DNA from: an uncultured Nitrospiraceae bacterium
Lineage (GTDB): Bacteria > Nitrospirota > Nitrospiria > Nitrospirales > Nitrospiraceae
Assembly (NCBI GenBank): GCA_963846575.1
Contig: CAWJWJ010000002.1
Location: 2,784,001 to 2,848,000 of the forward strand
Direction of reading: 5' to 3'
DNA length: 64,000 bases
Shown here: positions 19,621 to 30,032 of the stretch, piece after piece
Layout of the letters: each line of letters begins with the position of its first letter
Position numbering within the stretch: the stretch's first letter is position 1
Position numbers and translations under genes: made by a program
The notes under the pieces: model-generated
The model's database searches: none
The model's input: the letters and a program-made list of their open reading frames with translations, nothing else
What the model was told of the DNA's origin: nothing

Positions 19621-21342
19621 GTGACGAGGTCCAGGCCGACGATTTTTTTTGCACTCGTCCTGCTCGTGATCCTGACGCCGCCCTCCTACGGCGAAACGTG
19701 GCTCCCCCCGTCTCACCCTAAAGTCAAAGACGCGCTCACTATTTATGACCGCCTGGTCCGCACGATCGGTGACTCCCGCATGCCGCCGGATCTCCGCATG
19801 GTGGCGGGCAAGGCATCAAATTTCGATGTCGCGCTCTATTCGCCAAGCCGTCGAATCATCTATGTGGAGGAAGAGTTCTACGATCTCGTGCAGTCAGCCT
19901 TGCCATCGAGTTCTTCTCATGGGCTGGCCTTAATCCTGGGCCACGAACTGGCCCATTTCTATCGCAACCATGCCTGGGCAGAAGACTTCAACCGGGCCTT
20001 CGCCCGGCGTCAGACGGCCCCTCCGGAACAGGGCACGGCTCCGGCCGGACCCGTCCCGCCGGAAACGGCCTCGGAGCGGCGTCGCCTGGAGGCGGAGGCC
20101 GATTACTTCGCAGGTTTTTATGGGTACCTCGCCGGGCTCCCCACCGTCTCCGTTGCATCCCAACTGTTCGACAGCATCTACCTCCACTACCATTATGACC
20201 CCGCATTGCCGGCCTACGAGCATCTGCGGCAGCGGAAGGACACCGCCCGCGAGGCCCAACAAAAACTGCGGGCATTGATTCCCCTGTTCGAAGCCGGCGT
20301 GCAGTCCCTCCTGATCCAGGACTATGAAAGCGCGGGGCGCATCTTCACCCGCGTCGCGGCCGACTTCCCCAGCCCCGAAGTCCTGAGTAATGCGGCGGTA
20401 GCCGACCTGCTCGCCGCCCTGCAAGGGGAGAGCGAGACCGACCGACGGTTCATCTATCCGGTCGAAATCGATCCCGATACGCGCCTCAACGGCGAAACCA
20501 CTCGAGGGCAACTCGACCTGACTCCGGAAGAGCGTCTCGCACGGCGACACATGTTGTTGGAGCGGGCCAGACGGACACTCGAACAGGCGACGAGGATGCA
20601 TCCTTCCTATGCGGCTGCCCAGCTCAACCTGGCCTGCGTACTCGATTTGTTGGGCGACTATGAATCCGCGGCAACCGCGGCCGGCCAGGCCCTCCTGTTG
20701 AGCCGCGCACAGCATCTACCCGTTTCGATGGCCCACGCCAGGAACATCGCGGGGATCATCCTCGCCCATCAGGGCCACGTCGACGAGTCGATACGGGAAT
20801 GGCAACAGGCCGCAGACATGGGTGACCGGACAGCGGCCCATAATCTTGCTGCCAGGCGTGCTGCGACAGAGGGCGACGAGGGGATTGCGCCTGCGCCCCC
20901 CTCTCCTCCGGACCAGGTGAATGGCCTCAACATCGGGGACATCACGGCGAACGACTTTCTGCAGGCGGCCAACGTCCGCATCCTGGGGCGCTGGGACGAA
21001 GACGTGGACGGGACCCCGCCCCTCACCGTTCAGATGATCGAAAAGGCCGACACCCGTGTCACGGCCCTCGTCAGAGGGGCGGGACCCACGAGGTCAGTCG
21101 TCTTTTTTGCAAGCACCGGACGGGGGGCCGCCGGCGAAACCATCCGGGGAGTCAGGACGGGACAACCGGCAGAAGCGGTAGAACAGGCCTATGGTGCACC
21201 GACATCGACCTTGAACCTTCCACGGGGTCGTTACGTCGGGTATCACTCTGCCGTCGGAGAGGGAGAAGTCGGAGTCATTTTCCGATACAACGAGGACCAG
21301 ACGGTGCAGGAATGGGTGGCCTACCGAATCGAACGCGATTAA
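19621..21342 (+). CDS. Exported M48-like HEXXH metallopeptidase with TPR repeats
   Basis: Signal peptide; LGHELAH and EAEADYFAG; TPR-like helices (A.LNLA..L..LGDY..A). Confidence 0.78.
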   Translation: MTRSRPTIFFALVLLVILTPPSYGETWLPPSHPKVKDALTIYDRLVRTIGDSRMPPDLRMVAGKASNFDVALYSPSRRIIYVEEEFYDLVQSALPSSSSHGLALILGHELAHFYRNHAWAEDFNRAFARRQTAPPEQGTAPAGPVPPETASERRRLEAEADYFAGFYGYLAGLPTVSVASQLFDSIYLHYHYDPALPAYEHLRQRKDTAREAQQKLRALIPLFEAGVQSLLIQDYESAGRIFTRVAADFPSPEVLSNAAVADLLAALQGESETDRRFIYPVEIDPDTRLNGETTRGQLDLTPEERLARRHMLLERARRTLEQATRMHPSYAAAQLNLACVLDLLGDYESAATAAGQALLLSRAQHLPVSMAHARNIAGIILAHQGHVDESIREWQQAADMGDRTAAHNLAARRAATEGDEGIAPAPPSPPDQVNGLNIGDITANDFLQAANVRILGRWDEDVDGTPPLTVQMIEKADTRVTALVRGAGPTRSVVFFASTGRGAAGETIRGVRTGQPAEAVEQAYGAPTSTLNLPRGRYVGYHSAVGEGEVGVIFRYNEDQTVQEWVAYRIERD

Positions 21343-21400
21343 GCAGGTGGAACCGGGTGGAACCAGCAGCCGGAACGGTTTGCACGAAGGTGCGGCAGAA

Positions 21401-21432
21401 GTCCCGGCAGCGGACGGTGCGGCTGCCGGGAC
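21401..21432. terminator. Hairpin between convergent genes
   Basis: GTCCCGGCAGC-N10-GCTGCCGGGAC, a perfect 11-bp stem with no clear U-tract. Confidence 0.5.
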
Positions 21433-21476
21433 ATCGGACGTTCATCGCCCGGAGTCGATAAGAACCCGGGCCAGTT

Positions 21477-22328
21477 TTAGAACCGGGCGATCACCTGAAA
21501 CGTGGGTCCCCAGGTGATGTCATTATTGGCTGTCGGGGCATTGTTGATATTGATGATCTGCGCGCGAAAGCCCACCTGAATCGCAGACCCGATCCGGCCG
21601 GCCCCCGTTTTCAGAGCGGGACCATCGAACGAAAGCCCCATCTCAGCCGAATATCCGGTGACGCCATTGGCGGTCACGCGGCTCTGTCCGCTGGCGTTGG
21701 AATTTTCGTCGTAAAAACCGAGGGCAAGATTCCCGTAGGCACTGACCGGTCCGGCGACTGCGCCCGACCCGAAGACACCGATGATCGGGCCGCTGATCCA
21801 GACGGATTCCTTGGCCGGAACGCTCAGGGTCAACGATTGGCCGCTGAAACGTTGTTGCATGTGATAGTAACCGCCGAAGATGCCGAACCCACGCCAGATG
21901 GAGAGAGCCGCGGAAATGGAATAATCACGGCGAGTGGCTGATGTATTGTCGGTTCGTCCCGGAAATCCCGGAGCCACATCGTTGCCGAAGGAACTGAAAT
22001 CAAATCCGCCGGCCTGCAGCCAGGTAAAATTGACGGAGAGCCGGTTCATGAACTCATCGTCGCGGAGTTTGAAGGAACCGGTCACGCTGGGGCCCATCAA
22101 GGCGGTCGTATCCGATGTCCGGGAGGCGCTGATGCCCCGCGCGAACCCGGCAGCCTGCCATTTGGCAACCCAAAATTTCATGCCCATATCAAGGGAAAAC
22201 CGGTCCCCCAGAATCCTGCGACTGGTCGCATCCGGATCCTCAGCCGCCGTGACAGGCGTAACCGACATCGTCGCCATCACGGTCATGACGAATACCATCG
22301 CAAATAGTGTCTTCCTCACAGGTGCCAT
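21477..22328 (-). CDS. Putative outer-membrane beta-barrel protein
   Basis: GGAGGAGG RBS, signal peptide, alternating amphipathic strands and a terminal Phe (FQVIARF). Confidence 0.7.
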   Translation of the reverse strand: MAPVRKTLFAMVFVMTVMATMSVTPVTAAEDPDATSRRILGDRFSLDMGMKFWVAKWQAAGFARGISASRTSDTTALMGPSVTGSFKLRDDEFMNRLSVNFTWLQAGGFDFSSFGNDVAPGFPGRTDNTSATRRDYSISAALSIWRGFGIFGGYYHMQQRFSGQSLTLSVPAKESVWISGPIIGVFGSGAVAGPVSAYGNLALGFYDENSNASGQSRVTANGVTGYSAEMGLSFDGPALKTGAGRIGSAIQVGFRAQIININNAPTANNDITWGPTFQVIARF

Positions 22329-22397
22329 GCGCATCCTCCTCCAGAAATTGTGCCCTTCCACGCGTTGACGTCATACGTACTCTGCGTTGCGCGCTCA

Positions 22398-23855
22398 TCA
22401 GAACCCCCCGACAAACGGCGGGGGAGATCCTTTCCGCGGCTTTTCTTCAGGCTCCGGGGCCTGCCCTCTGACGGGAGCCTCTTTTGCAATCCGTTCCGCC
22501 TCCCGTCTCCGAATCTGCTCCTGCTCCAAGGCACGCCGCGTGTCCGCCTCACGCTGTTGCTGCTCCGCCAGCAACCGCTCGAGTTCTTCACGCTGCTTCT
22601 TCTCCTCCGTCGCCCTGCGTCTGGCCTCTTCTTCAGCGCGGCGCTGCTCGGAGACAGTTCTTTGCCTGGCCGCCTGTTCTGCTGCCTCACCACCCCTCCG
22701 GGCGTCGGCTGCCTGTCGTTCCGCTTCCAGACGCTGCCGGTGTTCGTCCTCGAGTTGACGCTTGACGTCGGCCTCGTCACGGCGCTGCTTTTCCAACTGA
22801 CGCTCGAGTTCGACAAGGTGAGCCCGTTCCCGCTCCAGTTTTTCCTTGGCATCGGATTCGATCCTGCGACGGTCCTCGGCCAGACGCTCTAACTCTTTCT
22901 GCAGTTCCTGCTGCGCTTTATCCCGCTCCTGTCGAATGCCCTGCTCGGCTTTGGCACTTTGTTCTTGCAGGGCTTGTGCCGCAGACGCGAGTTGCAAAAT
23001 GAATTGTCCGCCCTCGTCATTGGCATTCTGGAGCGGCTGACTGCGCGGCATCTGATCGGCATTGCGGGCAACCAGCGGAATCACGCTGTCGGCAATACGG
23101 CTTGGAACCAGATACGGCTCCTCATTGTCCCGAAGAAACTTGAGGAGGTGATACGCAAACACACTATGCCCGTCCTTCCCCTGGTCGGCCACCGGCTCGG
23201 TGCTTCCGGAGGTGAACCCCCAGCGGGAACGTTTGGCATAGAGTTTCGCGTAGTACCGGTCGGTCAGGCGGGGAAGTATCGCGCGGGTTTGAGCAAAGAG
23301 CGAGCCGCTGAAACAAGAATCCGCGATCACATACACGTGGCGGGCACGCATGACGGCGACATAATTACGGATCGCGGCGTCGAGGATCCACGATCCGGGT
23401 TCGTCGATGTTTCCATCGACCGGAACCCACCAGGCCAACTGATTGTCATCACTGTATTGCCCGTGACCGGCGTAATAAATCAACACACTGTCGGCGGCAC
23501 CGGCCTCGCGCGCCAGTTTGACGAATGCGCCCTCGATGCGGCTTCTGGTCGCATCCGCGTTCAGCAACATTCTGATGCGCTCCGGCTTGAACCCGTAGCG
23601 TTCCACCAGCACGTCACGGATGCCCATCGCGTCCGCCACTGCGGTGTGCAACCTCGGGGCGCCTGAATACTCGTTGATTCCGACGATCAGGGCCCAATAC
23701 TGGCCCTCGATCGAGACCTCTCCGGGAACCGCCTTCAGAACGGGACTGGCTCCGCGCGCGGCCCCCTTATCCTGCCCGCCCCATCCAAGAGAGGGTGTCA
23801 GGGCGAGAGTAACTATGGCGAACAAGGCACCCAATCGAAGAGCTAAATTGGGCAT
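22398..23855 (-). CDS. Secreted caspase-family protein with long C-terminal charged coiled coil
   Basis: Signal peptide; ALIVGINEY, YYAGHG, ADSCFSG, GHSVFA; E/R/Q/A-rich helical tail. Confidence 0.9.
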   Translation of the reverse strand: MPNLALRLGALFAIVTLALTPSLGWGGQDKGAARGASPVLKAVPGEVSIEGQYWALIVGINEYSGAPRLHTAVADAMGIRDVLVERYGFKPERIRMLLNADATRSRIEGAFVKLAREAGAADSVLIYYAGHGQYSDDNQLAWWVPVDGNIDEPGSWILDAAIRNYVAVMRARHVYVIADSCFSGSLFAQTRAILPRLTDRYYAKLYAKRSRWGFTSGSTEPVADQGKDGHSVFAYHLLKFLRDNEEPYLVPSRIADSVIPLVARNADQMPRSQPLQNANDEGGQFILQLASAAQALQEQSAKAEQGIRQERDKAQQELQKELERLAEDRRRIESDAKEKLERERAHLVELERQLEKQRRDEADVKRQLEDEHRQRLEAERQAADARRGGEAAEQAARQRTVSEQRRAEEEARRRATEEKKQREELERLLAEQQQREADTRRALEQEQIRRREAERIAKEAPVRGQAPEPEEKPRKGSPPPFVGGF

Positions 23856-24151
23856 AGATCCCTCAACAATCGTCGCACAGGCTATTACGCGAATTGCCGG
23901 AGGAGGGCGAGTCTACAACAGCCGCTTACACCTTTCAATCGGGAGCATCTGCATGTCCGCCATGAGCTGATCGTGATGCCTGGGAGGGCCTGCTCATTCA
24001 TCAGACTTCGTTCAGAAATGTGCGACGGTCCATCGTTCCGGCCGGACAGTTAGTGAGGCCGACCGGAATACCAGGGTTTTCGAAAAGTCGCCCATCTCCG
24101 CATTGACAAGAGGGAGTACTGAAAAATAGACTACGCCCTCCTGCGTATGGT

Positions 24152-24180
24152 TGAACCTATTCATCAGCACGCGCGACAGA
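24152..24180 (+). promoter_or_regulatory. ECF-type promoter motif copy 1
   Basis: TGAACC-N16-CGACAGA upstream of the WD40-caspase gene. Confidence 0.7.
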
Positions 24181-24270
24181 AGGAAAGGCCACGAGCGAAG
24201 GGTCGCCTTTCTTCGGCATCCCGACCAGGATGAGAACGCAGAAGGCATCGGGTTTTGAAAGGGGGATTCC

Positions 24271-27200
24271 ATGCGCAGGTTTCGGTGGGCTCTCAGCGCG
24301 GCCCTCTCGATCCTGACCCTCGCCCCGGTCCCTCTGTCAGCCACTCTGCCTGATACCTCCCCCCGCCTTCTGAGCGGTCACAACAGCGAGATCCTCACCA
24401 TGGCCTATTCGCCGACCGGGCACCTCCTGGCCACGGCCGGCATCGACCAAACCATCAGGCTCTGGAACCCGGAAAGCGGACGGGACCAAAAGGTCCTTCG
24501 CGGCCACATGGGAGCCGTCCATGCGCTGGCGTTCTCACCGAACGGGAAATTCCTCGCCTCCGGAAGCGCGGATACGTCGATACGACTCTGGGACGTCGAC
24601 TCAGGGCAGCCGGTCCATGCCGTGACATCCAATTTCGGCGCGGTACGGGCCGTGACGTTTTCGGCGGACGGAAAAATGCTCGCCACCGGGGGCAACGACG
24701 GCAGCCTTCGATTCTGGGATGCGGCGAGCGGCAAGGAGATCCGGTCGGTTCGAGGCCAGTTCGGCATCGTGTACAGCATCGCCTTCTCCCCCGACGGCAC
24801 GACGGTCGCTACCGGAAGCAGCGACATGCGCGTTCACCTCTGGGACCTCGCCACGGGACGTCAACGCAGTCTCCTGACAGGCCATACCGGCGCCGTCTAC
24901 GGCGTCGCCTTTGCACCGGGAGGCCGGCTCCTTGCCAGCGCGTCAGGCGACGGCAGCGTCCGCATCTGGAACGCCGAGACAGATCAGGAACAGCTCACCC
25001 TCCTGGGCCACAAGGGAGAGGTTCATGCGATCGCCTTTTCACCCGACGGCCGTTCGCTGATTTCCGCCGGGGCCGATGGGTCGGTCCGTGTCTGGGACAT
25101 CGGCTCGGGACATGAACGTTACCAACTCACGGGCCATAAGGGAGCAGTCCGCGCGCTGGCCATTTCTCCCGACGGACTCGTCGTGGCCAGCGGAGGACGC
25201 GATAAGACCGCGCGGCTGCAACCAAGCGTGTCGGCGGCCGTCAACGCACTCCTGGCCGACAAGATCAAACAGCGGGGAAACGAGACCGGCGCCAGCCCCT
25301 CCCCGCCTCCCCTGCCCGAAGCGGAACTCGCCATCCGCCCGGTCGAACTGAAAGCGGGACAGCCGGTGACCCTGACCTTGAACGTGACCAACCGGGGGAA
25401 GGGACCGCTCTACCGGTTTCAGGCCAGGACACAGAGCGACGATCCCGCTCTGAACGGCATCCTGTTTTACCTCGGAAAACTCGACGGCGGGGAGAGCGCC
25501 GCCGACAGCGTCACTCTGCCGCTGCCGGCCGACCGCCCGGACGGCACCGTTCCCCTGTCCCTGTTGTTCGAAGAGTACAACGGGTTCGTGCCGGCGCCCT
25601 TGCAAGCCGCGCTGACAATCACGGGTCTTCCACGGCCGCGTTTTGCCTTTACTCATCAAGTGTTGGATGACGGCTCCGAAGAGTCGGTCGGCAACGGGGA
25701 CGGACGCATCCAGAAAGGCGAAGCCGTGGATGTGCTGCTGACGGTCAAGAATGTGGGTGCGGTTCCGGCCCAACAGACCACCGTCGATGTGAACCTCTCC
25801 TCCTCGAATGATGTGCGCCTCAGCCACTCCGTCATCGACTTCGGATCGCTCAAACCAGATGAGACGAAAACCGCCCGGGTGAATCTCTTCGTCAGCCGCA
25901 ACACCACACTCGACGATATCCCTCTTCGACTCCTCATCCGGGAACGGGGCATGAACGTCACGCTCGACGAAACGGTGACGCTGGCCATCGACCATCGTGC
26001 CGCCCCGCAAATCATGGCCACCAACAAACTCGTCGCGGTCGGAGAAGCATCCGCCAAAATCCACAGCGGAGCCGGGGCCGAAACCTCCGTCATCGCCTCG
26101 GCAGGGAAGGATCAGGCGCTGGCGGTGACGGGCGAACTGGGCGACTGGTTACGCGTGCAGATGACGGACAAGGAGGCCGGCTGGATCGCCAAACGTGACG
26201 TGCGTGACACCGCCCAACCGGCCAAAGGAGAGATGCCGGTGCCGGTCATCGCGGGCGCGCCGGTGATGAAACTCTTTCAAAACGCGCCGCCGGTCATCGC
26301 CCTGGCTTCGCCTTCCGACGGCGCGGAGGTCACCGCGGACAGGATCCTCCTCGCCGGCGCCGCCGCAAGCGAACGGGGCATCGCGCGGGTGGAGATTCGT
26401 GTGAACGGTCAATTGCTCACCCATCGCGAGGCGCGCGGGATTGCCGTCAGGCCTGACGCGCCGGCTTCCCAACCCAACCTGGAATTCTCAGAACGGCTGA
26501 CGCTCAAGGAAGGCAAAAACGACATTCTCGTCTCCGCGATCGACCGGGACAATCTCTCCACGCAACGCACCATCACCGTCATGCGGAACATGGATCGCGG
26601 GAAGGTCTGGGCGGTCGTGATCGGGATTTCCAAGTATAAGACGGTCCACCCGCTCCGGTACGCGGACCTCGATGCGCTGGCCTTCAATGAATATTTGACG
26701 CGCAATGTGGGCGTGCCGCCGGCGCAGATTACCCTGCTGCTCAACGAACAGGCCACGTTGACCAGCCTCAAGCGCACCCTGGGCACCGAACTGAAACGCA
26801 AAGCCGCGGAGAAGGACACCGTCATCATCTATTACGCCGGGCATGGCGCCCCCGAAGCGGATGCCTCAGCCTCCGACGACGACGGACTGGAGAAGTACAT
26901 CGTTCCCTACGATGCGGATCCGAAAGACCTCTATACCACCGGCCTGCCGATGCGCGAGGTCGAGACGATCTTTAACCGGTTGGCGCCGGAGCGCGTCATT
27001 TTTATCAGCGATTCCTGCTACAGCGGGGCGACCGCCGGACGTACCTTTGCCACCGCCTCGCGCCGAGCCATCGTCTCCGACACCTTCTTGAATCGATTGT
27101 CGAAGGGCAAGGGACGCATCGTCTTGAGCGCGAGCAAAGCCAGCGAGGTCAGCGAAGAGCGGGAGGATCTGGGCCACGGCGTCTTCACCTACTATCTGCT

Positions 27201-27366
27201 GGAAGGGTTGCGTGGCAGCGCCGACACCGATCAAGACGGCATCGTGACCGTGGACGAAGCCTACAGTTATGTCTCGAAGAAGGTGCCGGACGTGACCGGC
27301 CAGAATCAGCATCCCATTAAAAAGGGAGAAGTGGAAGGACAACTGGTGCTGGGACAGGTGAGGTAG
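24271..27366 (+). CDS. Secreted WD40-repeat / Ig-like / SH3-like / caspase-family protein
   Basis: Signal peptide; seven GH...WD-type repeats; CARDB-like segments; SH3b-like GDWLRV...GWI; C-terminal YYAGHG and SDSCYSG. Confidence 0.92.
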   Translation: MRRFRWALSAALSILTLAPVPLSATLPDTSPRLLSGHNSEILTMAYSPTGHLLATAGIDQTIRLWNPESGRDQKVLRGHMGAVHALAFSPNGKFLASGSADTSIRLWDVDSGQPVHAVTSNFGAVRAVTFSADGKMLATGGNDGSLRFWDAASGKEIRSVRGQFGIVYSIAFSPDGTTVATGSSDMRVHLWDLATGRQRSLLTGHTGAVYGVAFAPGGRLLASASGDGSVRIWNAETDQEQLTLLGHKGEVHAIAFSPDGRSLISAGADGSVRVWDIGSGHERYQLTGHKGAVRALAISPDGLVVASGGRDKTARLQPSVSAAVNALLADKIKQRGNETGASPSPPPLPEAELAIRPVELKAGQPVTLTLNVTNRGKGPLYRFQARTQSDDPALNGILFYLGKLDGGESAADSVTLPLPADRPDGTVPLSLLFEEYNGFVPAPLQAALTITGLPRPRFAFTHQVLDDGSEESVGNGDGRIQKGEAVDVLLTVKNVGAVPAQQTTVDVNLSSSNDVRLSHSVIDFGSLKPDETKTARVNLFVSRNTTLDDIPLRLLIRERGMNVTLDETVTLAIDHRAAPQIMATNKLVAVGEASAKIHSGAGAETSVIASAGKDQALAVTGELGDWLRVQMTDKEAGWIAKRDVRDTAQPAKGEMPVPVIAGAPVMKLFQNAPPVIALASPSDGAEVTADRILLAGAAASERGIARVEIRVNGQLLTHREARGIAVRPDAPASQPNLEFSERLTLKEGKNDILVSAIDRDNLSTQRTITVMRNMDRGKVWAVVIGISKYKTVHPLRYADLDALAFNEYLTRNVGVPPAQITLLLNEQATLTSLKRTLGTELKRKAAEKDTVIIYYAGHGAPEADASASDDDGLEKYIVPYDADPKDLYTTGLPMREVETIFNRLAPERVIFISDSCYSGATAGRTFATASRRAIVSDTFLNRLSKGKGRIVLSASKASEVSEEREDLGHGVFTYYLLEGLRGSADTDQDGIVTVDEAYSYVSKKVPDVTGQNQHPIKKGEVEGQLVLGQVR

Positions 27367-27426
27367 TCCCGCTCCATCGTATTTCTCGCACAGTCCGTTT
27401 CGTTGTCGATGTAAGGAGGCCATCAC

Positions 27427-28425
27427 ATGCAGCGTTTATCATTCATTATTCTATTTATCGTGTGCGGACATTTCGCAGTGCTGTCAGGCTGCGCGGAAGT
27501 CGAAGTCGTCAAGGCGCCGGTCGAAATTCCGTCCCGCATCTATACCGCCAATGAAAGCTCAAACGACGTCAGCGTGATCGACGCCACGACGTTCGCGTCG
27601 ATCGGAAGCATCGACTCGAAGAATCAATCGACTCACGACATCGCCGTCTCTCGCGACGGCCGCCGCATCTATGCCACCAACCTGGCCAGCGGCCGACTCT
27701 CGGTCATGGATGCCGGAACCATGGAAACGATCGCCTCAATCTATACGGGCCAGCGCTGCCACGTCGTCGCGCTCACCAACGACAACAAGCAGGCCTGGGT
27801 GGCGAATATCGGCGACAACAATATTTCGATCATCGATACGGACACGTTTCGCATTCTGGGAACCATTCCGACGGGCAAAGGCCCCACGGGCCTCACCTTC
27901 TCGCATGACGGCAAGTTCGCCTATGTCAGCACCTCGGGGGACAAGACCGTCAACATCATCGACACCGCCACCCACCAGATCGTGAAGGCCATCCCGGTCG
28001 GAGCCAACCCGCATTTTCTGGTCGTGGGCCCCCAGGGCTTCGTGTGGGGCACCAATACCGGAGGCACGGACATCTATGTGATCGATCCGGCCACACAGGA
28101 AATCGCCGGCACGTTGGAGGTCGGAGCGAAGCCGCAGCAGATCGCGTTCGGCTACAAGGGGATCCAAGGCCCCAACGTCTATGTGACGGTCGGCGGGCTC
28201 AACAAGGTGCTCGCAGTCCCTGCAGATCCCAAACACCTGAAAATCATCGATGAAATCAGCGTCGGCGAAGGGCCGAACGGTATCTGGGCCAACCCGGAAG
28301 GCACCCGCCTGTTCGTCGGTCACGACAAGGGCAATGACCTGCGCGTCATTGATACCGGCACGAGCCAGGTCATCGCCACGGTTCCCGTCGGGCGCAAGCC
28401 GATCCGGGTAGTCGTGTCACGATGA
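27427..28425 (+). CDS. YVTN/YncE-type beta-propeller lipoprotein
   Basis: LSGC lipobox and repeated Y.AN..S..VSVID...IPVG..P units. Confidence 0.88.
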   Translation: MQRLSFIILFIVCGHFAVLSGCAEVEVVKAPVEIPSRIYTANESSNDVSVIDATTFASIGSIDSKNQSTHDIAVSRDGRRIYATNLASGRLSVMDAGTMETIASIYTGQRCHVVALTNDNKQAWVANIGDNNISIIDTDTFRILGTIPTGKGPTGLTFSHDGKFAYVSTSGDKTVNIIDTATHQIVKAIPVGANPHFLVVGPQGFVWGTNTGGTDIYVIDPATQEIAGTLEVGAKPQQIAFGYKGIQGPNVYVTVGGLNKVLAVPADPKHLKIIDEISVGEGPNGIWANPEGTRLFVGHDKGNDLRVIDTGTSQVIATVPVGRKPIRVVVSR

Positions 28426-28509
28426 TTTCAGCAGCGGTCCGGCTGACAGGGGCCGGGCGATACGACGATTAACATCGACATCGGCATTCCAGGGGGCATG
28501 GAGGACTCT

Positions 28510-29151
28510 ATGACAAAACAGACACTCATTGGTGCGATGGCCGTCACATTGACACTCGTCGGCCTGGCCTCGCTCGCCGGTGCCGCCAGTGCGCCGGTCG
28601 GCTGGGCCGTCAACGCCATCGGTACCCTGACGATCGTTCGGACGGATGGCGTCCAGGAGCAGCTGCAGGGCCGGAAGACCCTGCCACTTTATGAAGGAGA
28701 TGTGCTCAAGACCGACGCCTCGAGCCAGGCCTACGTGCAATTAAAACAAGGGGTGAACATCGCCCTCAACGAAGAGACGACGTTCAAAATTCTCTCGCGC
28801 TGGCAGAAGAACAAGCCGACGACCTGGATCCTCCGCCTCACGCAGGGTGAGGTCTGGGCCAAAACAGCCGGAGACGGGCCGAAGGCCTTTGAAGTCGAAA
28901 CCCCGGTCGCGACGGCGGCGGTGAAAGAAACGGAGTTCAATCTCAAAGTTCAGGAAGACGGCCAAAGCATCCTGACCGTCATCGAAGGAATCGTCCAGTT
29001 CGGGACAGCGTTCGGGACCTGCCCGATCCGCACCGACACCATTAGCTACGGCGTACGCGGGAAGAAATGCACCAAGCCGGCAGCCTCCGACGCCAAAGCC
29101 GCCAAGGCCTGGACGCAGACGTTGCTTCCTTCGTCGGCCCCGGTGCAGTGA
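28510..29151 (+). CDS. FecR domain exported protein
   Basis: GGAGGA RBS; LYEGDVLKT, L.QGEVW, FEVETPVATAAVKETEF, VIEG.V. Confidence 0.85.
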   Translation: MTKQTLIGAMAVTLTLVGLASLAGAASAPVGWAVNAIGTLTIVRTDGVQEQLQGRKTLPLYEGDVLKTDASSQAYVQLKQGVNIALNEETTFKILSRWQKNKPTTWILRLTQGEVWAKTAGDGPKAFEVETPVATAAVKETEFNLKVQEDGQSILTVIEGIVQFGTAFGTCPIRTDTISYGVRGKKCTKPAASDAKAAKAWTQTLLPSSAPVQ

Positions 29152-29157
29152 CAAGGC

Positions 29158-29185
29158 TGAACCTTGATGCGCAACCAGCGACTCA
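29158..29185 (+). promoter_or_regulatory. ECF-type promoter motif copy 2
   Basis: TGAACC-N15-CGACTCA upstream of the monoheme cytochrome gene. Confidence 0.7.
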
Positions 29186-29270
29186 CGTTGCAGGTGGTCG
29201 CTGGTTGTTCCGGATGACGGCAGAGAACGGATGACAGGCATCGGCCACCAACAACCGGATGGAGGACATG

Positions 29271-29720
29271 ATGAATCGACGCATGGGACTCAGCCTCTGT
29301 GTGATTGCCATCACCGCCCTGGTTTCCATCTCGATGGAGGTGGATAGGCCTCCCGGCTCTCAGGCGCCGGAGATTTTCGCTACGGCGGTCGCAGCCGGTG
29401 AAGATGCGCCGAGCGGCGGCGGCTACGGCTGCCAAAGCAACGGGAATTGCCAAGGCACCCTCTATACGGACAGACGCAACCTCGATCGATGGTGGTATGG
29501 AATCTGTAGCGGCTGCCACAGCCCTCAGGCAGCTTCACCGGCCAATCCCCTTACCCCGCTCTCTCCGGCTCAACGCAAGTTTATCGGGGATGCCAAGGCC
29601 TTCTGGGCGTTGCACGCTCAAGCCAAATCTGATCCTGTACTCCGGGCGATGCTTCTCAAAACCAAACTCAAACCGATCCAGACCCTGTCGCCGGAGTTTC
29701 GCGCATTGACCGCGAAATAG
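29271..29720 (+). CDS. Exported protein with one CxxCH heme-c motif
   Basis: Signal peptide, CSGCH and an extra Cys pair; GGAGGA RBS. Confidence 0.65.
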   Translation: MNRRMGLSLCVIAITALVSISMEVDRPPGSQAPEIFATAVAAGEDAPSGGGYGCQSNGNCQGTLYTDRRNLDRWWYGICSGCHSPQAASPANPLTPLSPAQRKFIGDAKAFWALHAQAKSDPVLRAMLLKTKLKPIQTLSPEFRALTAK

Positions 29721-30032
29721 CCTTCAACATGCTCTCAATACCTGGGTCCCTCCGTCTCTCACTAGTAGGCGGACGCGGAACGACTAGAGGAGATTCGAGA
29801 GCCGAATGGGAAAACAGAAAAGGGGAAAGCATAGGTGGGCTGTGACGAGGGGGCACTTACACCACTCATGACGCTGAAGGAGTGGTGGAGGCACGTTCCA
29901 GCATTCTCACTCACATGAGATGTAATCTAAAAAAGTGTACAGAAGCATTTCTGGACGTATGACAGGGTCAGTCACCGCTGCATCGCCCCCGAGGTCCGCA
30001 GCAGGAAGTCCATCAGCAGCTGAGAGAAATCC

